Below, piece after piece: positions 18,704 through 27,729 of a stretch of DNA of 41,723 nucleotides (its first letter is position 1; every line of letters starts with the position of its first letter). This stretch comes from Candidatus Nezhaarchaeota archaeon WYZ-LMO8 (lineage in GTDB: Archaea; Thermoproteota; Methanomethylicia; Nezhaarchaeales; WYZ-LMO8), in the NCBI GenBank assembly GCA_004347965.1, contig QNVF01000001.1, forward strand, positions 1-41,723, read 5' to 3'. The position numbers were made by a program, and so were the translations under genes. Below the pieces are notes generated by a model that saw only the letters and a list, made by a program, of their open reading frames with translations, did not search any database and was not told the DNA's origin.

Positions 18704-19712
18704 TCATTCTCACCAATCTTAACAACTCATCAACTATCTCTTTAACTCCAACGCACTCAAGCGTGTTGCATGTGAAGACTCTTTCGCCTTTAAGCTTATC
18801 TAGAGCTCTTTGAAGCTGCTCTTCCGTTGCTATATCAATTTTGGTCAACGCCACTACTATAGGTCTCTCCTTGAACATCTCCTTTACGCTCCTTAAAACA
18901 TTAAGCTGATATTCAAGGCTATACCCACAAGCCTCGGTCGGATCTATTAGAAACACTAATCCTCCTTCAAGGTTTTTCAACGCAACTATCGCTTGCAGCT
19001 CTATTTTGTTCCTCTCTTCTAAAGGCCTATCGAGGAGACCGGGTGTATCAACGATTTGCGCTATGAAACCTCTGGGACTTATTATGTGCCCCACGCTCAC
19101 GCTCTTGGTCGTAAATGGGTAATCAGCTATTTCAGGCTCAGCAGTTGATACGCACTTCACAAACGAAGACTTACCAACGTTTGGAGCCCCGCTTACGATG
19201 ATTATGGGGATGTTGAAGTTGAATGAAGGTAGTCTCTTAAGCTTCTCAATATTTGATAAGACCTGGAGATCATCGTCCAGCTCCTTGATGATTGAAGCTA
19301 CCCGACCATAAAACTCTCTGCGAAGCCTTAGAGTCTCAGTAGGAGTGAGCGAGGATCTAACTCTGGCTATGTATTCTTTAGCAAGTTTTTCAATGAGCTT
19401 CGAAGCTTTAGATATTCTAGCCATGGCTATCTTAAACCTATCTGAGTTGATCATTAAGTAGAACATATCTCTATAGAAAGGATGAAGATCTTCTATCATT
19501 GGAATGCAACCTCTTATATTCTTTAGTCTCCCAGTTATTAGCGATGAAGCAGTTTTAATCTTCGTTATCTCCTTTAACTTTGCAATTAATAGCCTGTCTC
19601 TCTTCGTTGGCATCCTCACGGTAGCCCTTGAAGCCCTTCTAAAGGCTACATCTATTAATTGATCAGGTGATGGTACCTTGGGGACTTTACGAAATGGCTG
19701 TTCTAATGCCAT
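18690..19712 (-). CDS. NOG1-family GTP-binding protein
   Basis: LHPFY, GAPNVGKSS, YPFTTK, DTPGLLDRP, TKID. Confidence 0.93.
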   Translation of the reverse strand: MALEQPFRKVPKVPSPDQLIDVAFRRASRATVRMPTKRDRLLIAKLKEITKIKTASSLITGRLKNIRGCIPMIEDLHPFYRDMFYLMINSDRFKIAMARISKASKLIEKLAKEYIARVRSSLTPTETLRLRREFYGRVASIIKELDDDLQVLSNIEKLKRLPSFNFNIPIIIVSGAPNVGKSSFVKCVSTAEPEIADYPFTTKSVSVGHIISPRGFIAQIVDTPGLLDRPLEERNKIELQAIVALKNLEGGLVFLIDPTEACGYSLEYQLNVLRSVKEMFKERPIVVALTKIDIATEEQLQRALDKLKGERVFTCNTLECVGVKEIVDELLRLVRMSGRN

Positions 19713-19806
19713 AACTTATTCCTCTCTTACGCCTTACCATCCTTATTAGCTGTCTTGCCGATCTCCAAAAGATTTAAGCATGACTCCCCCAAATAAGGGG
19801 TAGTGG

Positions 19807-20451
19807 GTGTCTTTCATGTACTATCTTAAAAGCAATCATAGAGATCAGATGAGTACTTATTGGGCAATTGGTGCTACCACAGTCGGGGTAAAGGTTGATA
19901 GTGGGGTAGTGCTGTCATCAGAGAAGAGGGTTAGTTATGGCTTTACTGTGACAAGCAAGTCGGCAAAGAAGATCTTCAAGATAACGGACTACTTAGGGAT
20001 AGCTTGTGCAGGCTTAATAGGAGATATGCAGGCAATAGCTAGAAGCTTGAGAGCAGAGGTAAGGCTCTATGAGTTAGACTTAAACAGGAGAATGCCTATT
20101 AGGGCTGCAGCTAAGTTGCTGGCAAACATACTCTTCAGCCAGCGATACATGCCCTTGATGAGCGAGACGCTCGTCGGTGGCATGGACGATACTGGAGCTC
20201 ACTTATACGTTTTAGATGCTATAGGCTCATTAATAGAGGACGATTATGCAGCTCTTGGTAGTGGTGCAACCATAGCTATAGGTATACTCGAAGCCAATTA
20301 TAGGAAAGACATGACGATAGACGAGGCGAAAAACCTAGCTGCGAGAGCTGTTAGAGCTGCTATTGAGAGAGATGCTTTAAGCGGAGATGGCATAGACCTA
20401 CTGGTTATAACAAAGGAGGGCGTGGAAGAAAAGTTCGAAGCAGTAAAGTAA
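19807..20451 (+). CDS. psmB: Proteasome beta subunit, probably the non-catalytic type
   Basis: GATTVG in place of G|TTTVG, SEKRVSYG, ALGSG, ERDALSGDG; start uncertain (19807, 19816 or 19849). Confidence 0.93.
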   Translation: MSFMYYLKSNHRDQMSTYWAIGATTVGVKVDSGVVLSSEKRVSYGFTVTSKSAKKIFKITDYLGIACAGLIGDMQAIARSLRAEVRLYELDLNRRMPIRAAAKLLANILFSQRYMPLMSETLVGGMDDTGAHLYVLDAIGSLIEDDYAALGSGATIAIGILEANYRKDMTIDEAKNLAARAVRAAIERDALSGDGIDLLVITKEGVEEKFEAVK

Positions 20452-20453
20452 CT

Positions 20454-21458
20454 TTAAGGGTGCACTTTTACAGGCTCACTAATCCTAGAGAGTAGTGCAA
20501 CTCTCGAAGCAAGGCTTTCAGCTACTAGATTATAACCACATACTTTACTCAATTTTTCTGCAAAGCTAAGGACGTCTCTGTGCTTAGGCATGTTGCTGAG
20601 TTCAAGTCTGAATCTTGAATACCCCAAGTACATGAAGCCCTTCACTTCGACATACCATGGCTCAGCAAGTGATATCAATTTAGCGAAACTCTCTATGTCG
20701 TTTTCATGATCGTTCACCCCCCTTATTACCGTGATCCTGATGACTGTTGGGCACTTGAACTCCCTAAGAAGTCTCAGACTTCTCATCAACCTCTGCCATC
20801 CATCAATTAAACTGCACCTCGATAAAGCCATGAACTTTTCATCTGACGAGGCGTTAACGGATATGTAGAGCTGTGAAGGCCTACCTTTATCTATTAAGCT
20901 TGCTAGCTTCTCAGGATACATGCCGTTAGTGACAAGGAACGTTGTGAAGCCCTTACTCCTGCATAGCTCTATAAACTCTCCGAGCCTATTGTACAATGTT
21001 GGCTCTCCTGCAAGGCTTATAGCAAAGTGCCTTGGATGTAATGCTTCAACATACCTCTCTTTTATCACCTTAGGATTGGACTTGTAGCCGCTCAAAATCC
21101 TAAATTGAGCTCTGATTGCTTGCTCAAATATTGCTTTCTCGTCATCATGGGTTATGAAGTCCTCCTCCTTCCAAGGAGAGGTATTTGGATCTCCTCTTTC
21201 AATCCTCCAACAGTGGAGACAGCTGTTTGGACATGCGAGCGTTGGTGTCATCTGTATGCATCTATGACTCTCAATTCCATACCAATTCTTGTAGCAAAAC
21301 CTATTGCTTGTTAAGGCCATGTGAAGCCAGTAGCACTTCTTAACTGCAGCTGTCTTTCTACTACCAATCAGCTGATACTTCTGCTGCCTTAACAGGTCCA
21401 TTATTGTTAATGCAGTCGATTGCGACAGCATTTTATGCTCTCCTAAATTTCTTATCAT
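20454..21458 (-). CDS. taw1: 4-demethylwyosine synthase Taw1/TYW1 (radical SAM)
   Basis: AVKKCYW, CYK, YGIESHRCIQMTP, CPNSCLHC, AISLAGEPTLY, EVKGFMYLG. Confidence 0.95.
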   Translation of the reverse strand: MIRNLGEHKMLSQSTALTIMDLLRQQKYQLIGSRKTAAVKKCYWLHMALTSNRFCYKNWYGIESHRCIQMTPTLACPNSCLHCWRIERGDPNTSPWKEEDFITHDDEKAIFEQAIRAQFRILSGYKSNPKVIKERYVEALHPRHFAISLAGEPTLYNRLGEFIELCRSKGFTTFLVTNGMYPEKLASLIDKGRPSQLYISVNASSDEKFMALSRCSLIDGWQRLMRSLRLLREFKCPTVIRITVIRGVNDHENDIESFAKLISLAEPWYVEVKGFMYLGYSRFRLELSNMPKHRDVLSFAEKLSKVCGYNLVAESLASRVALLSRISEPVKVHP

Positions 21459-21482
21459 CTAAAACAATTGGGAAAAGAATAA

Positions 21483-22274
21483 ATGTTGAGGTGCGCTTCG
21501 TTGAGCCTAATTTTTATAGGTATAGGGCTTACAGCCAAAGGCTTAACTATTGAGGGTCTTAGTGAAGCTCAAAAAGCAGAACATGTCTTCATAGATGCAT
21601 ATACAAACCTAATCCCCCGCAATGAACTTCATACGCTTCAAAACCTCATAGGCAAAGACATAAAGCCTCTCTACAGATCAGATGTAGAAGGTCGTGGAGT
21701 ATACGAGCTATTGAAGTTAACTGAAAAAAGTACTGTCGCACTACTAGTTGTAGGAGATCCATTCATAGCTACCACCCACATAGCTCTTAGATTAGAGGCC
21801 ATTAAGAGGGGGGTAAAGGTCAAGTATGTACCTTCAGCTTCTATTGCAAGTGTGATACCAGGCTTAACGGGTCTATCAAGCTACAAGTTTGGAAAATCTG
21901 CTACAATAGTTTTCCCGGATAAAGGGTCGAACAACGCTGCCTACGATGCTATAAAGGATAATTCATCTCGTGGTCTTCATACTTTGCTCTACTTGGATCT
22001 AGAAGTTGAAAATAAGAGGGCTATGACCATCAACGAGGCTCTAAAGTTGCTACTCGATGTTGAGGCTCAGAGAGCTGAAGGAGTAGTAAGAGAAGACATG
22101 TTAATCGTGGGGATAGCAAGAGCTTGCTGGAACAATGAAATCGTAAAGGCAGCAAAGCTCTCTAAGCTCATTAACTACGATTTTGGTCCCCCACCACACG
22201 TATTGGTTGTGCCAGGCTCACTACACTTTATGGAGTACGAGGCCCTGAAAGCCCTTGCAGGCATGGAGGATTGA
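21483..22274 (+). CDS. dph5: Diphthine synthase
   Basis: FIGIGL, VGDPFIATTH, YKFGKSATI, GLHTLLYLD, FGPPPH, LHFMEYEAL. Confidence 0.95.
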   Translation: MLRCASLSLIFIGIGLTAKGLTIEGLSEAQKAEHVFIDAYTNLIPRNELHTLQNLIGKDIKPLYRSDVEGRGVYELLKLTEKSTVALLVVGDPFIATTHIALRLEAIKRGVKVKYVPSASIASVIPGLTGLSSYKFGKSATIVFPDKGSNNAAYDAIKDNSSRGLHTLLYLDLEVENKRAMTINEALKLLLDVEAQRAEGVVREDMLIVGIARACWNNEIVKAAKLSKLINYDFGPPPHVLVVPGSLHFMEYEALKALAGMED

Positions 22275-23011
22275 CTATGTCCTCTTGGAGAACTGATGAA
22301 GAGAGACTCTTAAAGTATTTCAACTACGTGGAGAAGATCATTAGGGGGATGAAGTTAAAAGCTCCTCAATACTTAAAAGCTCAAGTAGAGATGATAGTAG
22401 ACAATGCAAAGCGCTATTATTATGATGCAAAGCACTATATGGGCTTAAAAGACTATCCTACAAGCTACATTTGTATTGCTTATTGCGAAGGCCTATTAGA
22501 TACCCTCAAATTCCTTAACCTTATAGAAGTAACAGAGGAGGAGAGGGTCATGGTTGAAAAGAGAAGGAGGGTCATGGTTGCCGGCGTCTTCGACATAGTG
22601 CACCCAGGTCATATATACTTAATATCGAAGGCAGCGGAACTTGGTGACGTAATCGTTGTGGTTGCTCGTGATTCAACAGTTGAGCGGCTGAAGGGCAGGA
22701 GACCAGTAATACCAGAAGGGCAGAGACTTGAAGTGGTCAAGAATATTAAGGGTGTGAGCGAGGCAGTGCTTGGAAAAGAAGGAGAAGACATGCTCAAGAT
22801 AGTTGAAGAGTTAAAGCCTAACGTCATACTGCTTGGTCCTAATCAAAACTTTAATGAAGAGAAGCTTAAGAGAGATCTAGAGCTTAGAGGTCTCAAAGTA
22901 GACGTCATAAGGCTAAGAGAGGTCTACGAGGCTTATGAGCTTTGTAGCACATCAAAAATAATAAAGGAGATATTGCGTAGAGAGGACTTGAGAAAACTCC
23001 TTAATTGTTAA
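22271..23011 (+). CDS. DUF357 domain fused to a cytidylyltransferase-family (RibL-type FAD synthase) domain
   Basis: N-terminus AKRYYYDAKHY...AYCEGLLD (DUF357-like); C-terminus AGVFDIVHPGH, VVARD, LLGPNQ, STSKI. Confidence 0.8.
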   Translation: MTMSSWRTDEERLLKYFNYVEKIIRGMKLKAPQYLKAQVEMIVDNAKRYYYDAKHYMGLKDYPTSYICIAYCEGLLDTLKFLNLIEVTEEERVMVEKRRRVMVAGVFDIVHPGHIYLISKAAELGDVIVVVARDSTVERLKGRRPVIPEGQRLEVVKNIKGVSEAVLGKEGEDMLKIVEELKPNVILLGPNQNFNEEKLKRDLELRGLKVDVIRLREVYEAYELCSTSKIIKEILRREDLRKLLNC

Positions 23012-23135
23012 GGAACCCAATACGTGGGATGTAAAATGAACATAGGATCTTCGAAGTTATTGATAACATTTGCGTGATTGAAATTCTCTTTTCATGTGGA
23101 GGAAGAGATACTCATAGGTGCGCGCTAACTCTTTG

Positions 23136-24053
23136 TCACTTTGTCATTATTACATTTTTGTAGTAGTCTATGAGTTTAGGGACTATCTCCTCAACTCTCC
23201 ACTTAGCCTTGAACTTGAGCAGATCCTCAGCTTTCTTAGTATCAGCAAGCGTGCAATACACGTAATTTCTTATCGGATTCTCAACATAAATCGCCTTAAC
23301 CTCTAAATTATGTCCTCTCAGAACGCTGAGCATGTCGTTAAACGAGTAAGCTCTGCCTGATCCGACGTTAAATACCTCAAACTTGCTATCTTCATATTCA
23401 AGAGCTCTAATGTTGGCTTCTACAACATCCTTGACGTATATCAAGTCCCTAGCTTGGCTTCCATCACCGTATACTACAAATTCCTCGTTTTTTAACCCAC
23501 ACCATATCATTTGCGTCAACACGTTAGCGTAGCTACCTTTGTGCTCCTCTCTCTCACCATAAACACTAAAGTACCTTAAAACAATGCACTCTACTCCATA
23601 TAGATCTGAGTATAGCTTGCATAACCTCTCACAGTAGTATCGAGCTTCAGTGTAGTAGTCCGTTACTAATATCGGCATGTTTTCATGCCAAGGGATGGAA
23701 TTCCCATTGTAAATTGAGCTAGTCGAAGCTAAAACTATCTTTGATCCATTCTTCTTGGAGTATTCCAAGATAGATATCATGTCTCTCAAGACCTTTGAAA
23801 TGAGGTTAGGATCTCTCTTATACATGGGCGACGACGATGGGATTCCATTATGAAGTACTGCATCAAATTTTTCATTTAAGTATAAGACATCCCCTGAACT
23901 ACCTACTATTAACTTGACGTCCATTCCATTTACGTTCTTCTTTGCTCCTAAAGACAAGTCATCTATGACATAGACTTCAAAGCCTCTTCTACAAAGCTCC
24001 TCAACTATGTGGCTCCCTATAAAGCCACATCCACCAGTTACAAGCACTCTCAT
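23136..24053 (-). CDS. NAD-dependent epimerase/dehydratase (extended SDR)
   Basis: VTGGCGFIG, ASTSSIY, YTEAR, LRYFSVYG, GDGSQARD. Confidence 0.9.
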   Translation of the reverse strand: MRVLVTGGCGFIGSHIVEELCRRGFEVYVIDDLSLGAKKNVNGMDVKLIVGSSGDVLYLNEKFDAVLHNGIPSSSPMYKRDPNLISKVLRDMISILEYSKKNGSKIVLASTSSIYNGNSIPWHENMPILVTDYYTEARYYCERLCKLYSDLYGVECIVLRYFSVYGEREEHKGSYANVLTQMIWCGLKNEEFVVYGDGSQARDLIYVKDVVEANIRALEYEDSKFEVFNVGSGRAYSFNDMLSVLRGHNLEVKAIYVENPIRNYVYCTLADTKKAEDLLKFKAKWRVEEIVPKLIDYYKNVIMTK

Positions 24054-24163
24054 GAATATGGTTCACCTCTTACATCCTCCTACGAGAGTTACAGGTACTT
24101 ACTATGATCCTAGCCACCTCTCACAACATCTCCATCACTTCACAGAGTTTAAGAAAGATTGCT

Positions 24164-25027
24164 TCACGTAATAGTTGAAATCACTTCATCATAAACCCTC
24201 TTAACAAGGCTCAATCCTTCTCTGACCCTCACTATTCCTAAGATCAAGTAGTTCATTCCTGCCCTTTTGTAGTCTTCAACTTCTTTTATGAACTCCCTCA
24301 TATCTTCAGGTGGAGTTATGATGCAAGCGAACGTAAAGTCTCCGGTCTTGTTTTGAACCTCTCTTATCTTCCTAACTCTCTCAACTATCTTACCGTAATC
24401 TTCACTAGTTACATGTGTTGGAAGCCATCTCGGACCTATGCAAATAAGTCCATTACCCAATTCAGCTGCAAGCTTAAGCATCTTCTTACCGATGCCTCCA
24501 AACCATAGAGGTGGATGTGGTTTCTGTATAGGTTTAGGTAGTAAAACTGCCTCCTTAGCCTTGTAATACTTTCCTTCAAAGTCCACCTTCTCTTCAATCC
24601 AAAGCTTAGTGATAAGGTTTAGAGCTTCTACGGTCTTCTCAAACCTCACATTATTAGGATCCCAAGTGCTATAAGCCTCGAACTCAGGAACGTACCATCC
24701 TAGACCAACCCCCAAGATGGCTCTTCCATTTGAGAGCACATCCAAGGTCGAAACCATCTTTGCAAGCACACCTGGCTGTCTAAAGGGTATGGGAGTAACA
24801 GCGGTTCCAAGCCTAATCCTAGAGGTCTTAGCTGAAAGATAGGATAAGTAGATCCATGATTCCAAAGTTTCATTGCTCCATGGGAGCATGTAGTGGTCAG
24901 TAACGAAGAAAGCATCATACTCAAGCTTTTCAGCTTCCAACACTATATCCTCCAAGATCTTAAGTCTATCTAGCAAGCTCCTCTGCGCGTTTGAGATAAC
25001 TACCCCAATTTTCAAGTATACCACCAA
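24164..25027 (-). CDS. LLM-class flavin (possibly F420)-dependent oxidoreductase
   Basis: FVTDH, TSRIRLGTAV, LDVLSNGR, PKPIQKPHPPLWFGG. Confidence 0.88.
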   Translation of the reverse strand: MVVYLKIGVVISNAQRSLLDRLKILEDIVLEAEKLEYDAFFVTDHYMLPWSNETLESWIYLSYLSAKTSRIRLGTAVTPIPFRQPGVLAKMVSTLDVLSNGRAILGVGLGWYVPEFEAYSTWDPNNVRFEKTVEALNLITKLWIEEKVDFEGKYYKAKEAVLLPKPIQKPHPPLWFGGIGKKMLKLAAELGNGLICIGPRWLPTHVTSEDYGKIVERVRKIREVQNKTGDFTFACIITPPEDMREFIKEVEDYKRAGMNYLILGIVRVREGLSLVKRVYDEVISTIT

Positions 25028-25189
25028 ATTAATTATTCAAGTTCTTAACAAGTTAATAAGGTTGAGGGTAGAAACATCTTATGATGTTGGAGGCTTGCAT
25101 AGAAGAAGCTTATCACTTCAACCTTGTAATTACATAGCCTTGGTTTGTTAGACAATTTTAATGACCTTGTTAATGAATTATTCACAATA

Positions 25190-26125
25190 CTAAGTGCTGA
25201 TGCACATCTTCAACCCCTGATCTAATGAGATTTTTGCTTCAAATCCCAGTACTTCCTTAGCTCTCTTAACATCAGCGCACATGCGAATAATGTCACTGGC
25301 TCTGCGCCTCGTGAATATAGGCTTTACCTTTATGCCAAAGATCTTTATCAACTTTTCAGCTAATTCTCTTATGCTTACCTCAGTTCCTGAGCCTATGTTG
25401 AATGCCATTCCAGCACAACCCTTAGCTTTCATCGCAAGCATTAATGCCTCCACGGCATCGTTAACGTTTATGAAATCCCTAGTTTGAGCTCCATTACCGA
25501 AGATTATCGGTGGAAGCCCTTTCTTTAATCTATTAATAAAGCTACTTATAACTCCACCGTAAGGGCTCCTTTCCTGTCTAGGTCCATAAACATTAAAAAG
25601 CCTTAACACGACAGTCTCGAGTCCATAGACTCTATGATACATCATACAGTAATGCTCAGCTGCAAGCTTGCTTACACCATAGGGTGATAGAGGTCTAGTT
25701 GGGTGTTCCTCGTCAACAGGTATCTTTACTGGCTCTCCGTAGACTGCGCAAGAAGAAGTAAATAGAAACTTTTTAACATCAGCTCTACGGCTTTCTTCAA
25801 GCAAGCTTATCGTTCCAGCCACGTTGACTCTATTAGCCAGATCAGGTCTTCGCATAGAAAGATCAATGCTGGCCACAGCTGCTAAGTGGAAGACATACTT
25901 CACATCTCTGAGCACTCTTCTAACTAAATCTCTGACTCCTATATCTCCTCTAACGAACTGGAAGTTGCGTTTCCCCATGTGAGCTCTTATGTTGTCTAGA
26001 GAACCAGTTGAAAGATTGTCTAACACGACAACTTCGAAATCTTCTTGAATGAGCCTATCCACTAAATGGCTTCCAATAAATCCAGCCCCACCAGTTACTA
26101 ATACCCTGGACATCAGCAACACCAA
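25190..26125 (-). CDS. NDP-sugar 4-epimerase-like extended SDR
   Basis: VTGGAGFIGSH, HLAA, SSCAVYG, SPYGVSK, RLFNVYGPRQ, QTRDF. Confidence 0.92.
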   Translation of the reverse strand: MVLLMSRVLVTGGAGFIGSHLVDRLIQEDFEVVVLDNLSTGSLDNIRAHMGKRNFQFVRGDIGVRDLVRRVLRDVKYVFHLAAVASIDLSMRRPDLANRVNVAGTISLLEESRRADVKKFLFTSSCAVYGEPVKIPVDEEHPTRPLSPYGVSKLAAEHYCMMYHRVYGLETVVLRLFNVYGPRQERSPYGGVISSFINRLKKGLPPIIFGNGAQTRDFINVNDAVEALMLAMKAKGCAGMAFNIGSGTEVSIRELAEKLIKIFGIKVKPIFTRRRASDIIRMCADVKRAKEVLGFEAKISLDQGLKMCIST

Positions 26126-26456
26126 CCAACAACAGTAGCTTTCTAAGAAGAATTTGTTAACACAGTAGTAAATTTAAAGTTGCTTTGAGGAGTTCTCTTA
26201 AGCTAGATGACGTGGTCGTACGAGTTAAGGGTGATGGTGGTCTATTTACTACGCATCACTAATAGCTTAGACATGCTTAGTGCAGGCCCAACATCGCCAT
26301 GAAGTTGTCGTAGTGAAGTTTTCGGGCATGAGTTTAAGGCTAGGCTTAAGGCTATATGCGAGGCAGAATTGAGTTTCACGTTAAATTTCTATGTTTTAGC
26401 TCTATAGCCTTACACCTGAGTTCTTTGTAAAGTCCTTAGTAGTCTTTCAGCCTGTA

Positions 26457-26496
26457 AGAAAAGTGTTTTATAAATAGCTGCACTACTTATGCCTGC
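26457..26496 (+). promoter_or_regulatory. Promoter of the beta-oxidation cluster with a shared downstream element
   Basis: AGAAAAG BRE, TTTTATAAAT, then CACTACTTATGCCTGC; GGGGTGA SD follows. Confidence 0.6.
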
Positions 26497-26510
26497 AGGG
26501 GTGATTTGAT

Positions 26511-27704
26511 TTGTCTGAAAGAATAAAGAAGGTAGCTGTTATAGGTGCAGGAGTTATGGGACACGGAATAGCGCAAGTCTTAGCGACTAGCGGTTATCAA
26601 GTAGCTCTAGTTGATATAAGCCAAGAGCTTCTTCAAAAAGCTATAGAGAAAATTAAGTGGAGCTTGAGCAAGTTCGTAGAGAAGAAACGTCTTAGACCTC
26701 AAGATGCAGACGACGCATTAGCAAGGATAAAGCCAACAACGAGCTATGAAGAGGCAGCCAAAGATATAGACCTAGCTATCGAGTGCGTTCCTGAGAATAT
26801 GAACCTCAAGAAGAAGATATTTGCAGAGCTAGACAGGTTATCTCCTCCACACGCAATTCTATCATCCAATACATCTACTCTCAGCATAACTGAGATGGCG
26901 AAGGCTACGAATAGACCTGACAAAGTAGCTGGGCTACACTTCTTCAATCCACCGCAAATGATGCTATTGGTGGAAGTGATAAAGGGGCAGTTTACAAGCG
27001 ATGAAGTAGTGAACGTGCTTATGGATCTATGCAGGAAAATCGGGAAGACGCCGATACTCGTGAAGAAAGACGTGCGAGGCTTTGTGGTGAATAGAGTTTT
27101 AGGTGCTGTTTTTCTTGAAGTTTTCTGGACGCTGGCTCGTAAGGAAGCGTCTATAGAGGCCATAGATGCCTCAGTAAAGTATGAGGGGGGCTTCCCAATG
27201 GGTTGGTTCGAGCTTGCTGACTTCGTGGGGCTAGACATAGTTGCTGCAACCGGGCAGGTGATGTATGAAGCTTACGGTGAGCGCTTTAAGCCATGTCCTG
27301 AGGTTATTGAGCCTCTAGTAACCTCGGGAAAGCTTGGTCAGAAGACTGGTGTTGGCTTCTACGATTGGTCTAAAGGAAGACCAAGGATACCCTTTAACTT
27401 AGCGGGAGAGTACGATGTAGATAGGTCCTGGGCTGTTGCTGTAAACGAAGCTGCATGGCTTGTGTACGACGACGTAGCTACACCAGTCGACATAGACACC
27501 GGGATGAAGCTTGGTACGGGCTGGCCTTCCGGTCCATGTGAGTATGCAGATAAGGTGGGCATCGATTCAATGCTCAATAAGCTGAAGGCCCTCTATGAGA
27601 AGTACAAGATGGAGCTCTACAGACCCTGTCCATTACTAGAAGACTACATTAAGAAAGGTTGGCTTGGTAAGAAGAGTGGAAGAGGTTTCTACACCTACAC
27701 ATAA
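26511..27704 (+). CDS. 3-hydroxyacyl-CoA dehydrogenase with two C-terminal domains
   Basis: GAGVMGHGIA, ECVPE, SNTS, GLHFFNP, GFVVNR; PMG..GxKTGxGFY unit repeated (PSGP..GKKSGRGFY). Confidence 0.94.
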   Translation: MSERIKKVAVIGAGVMGHGIAQVLATSGYQVALVDISQELLQKAIEKIKWSLSKFVEKKRLRPQDADDALARIKPTTSYEEAAKDIDLAIECVPENMNLKKKIFAELDRLSPPHAILSSNTSTLSITEMAKATNRPDKVAGLHFFNPPQMMLLVEVIKGQFTSDEVVNVLMDLCRKIGKTPILVKKDVRGFVVNRVLGAVFLEVFWTLARKEASIEAIDASVKYEGGFPMGWFELADFVGLDIVAATGQVMYEAYGERFKPCPEVIEPLVTSGKLGQKTGVGFYDWSKGRPRIPFNLAGEYDVDRSWAVAVNEAAWLVYDDVATPVDIDTGMKLGTGWPSGPCEYADKVGIDSMLNKLKALYEKYKMELYRPCPLLEDYIKKGWLGKKSGRGFYTYT

Positions 27705-27729
27705 CTTAACTTACGTGAGGGACAACGAT

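Noticed and set aside
25066-25115. Hammerhead ribozyme suggested by GAAAC-hairpin-GTT
   Set aside because: No CUGANGA core and no properly placed stem I.
26180-26400. Possible decayed gene and a hairpin (GTGATG..CATCAC) in the epimerase/dehydrogenase spacer
   Set aside because: No ORF of useful length and no recognisable homology; a single hairpin is expected by chance.
27664-27729. N-terminal extension or frameshift fusion of the acyl-CoA dehydrogenase
   Set aside because: A good SD precedes ATG 27730, family similarity starts there, and I saw no slippery site.
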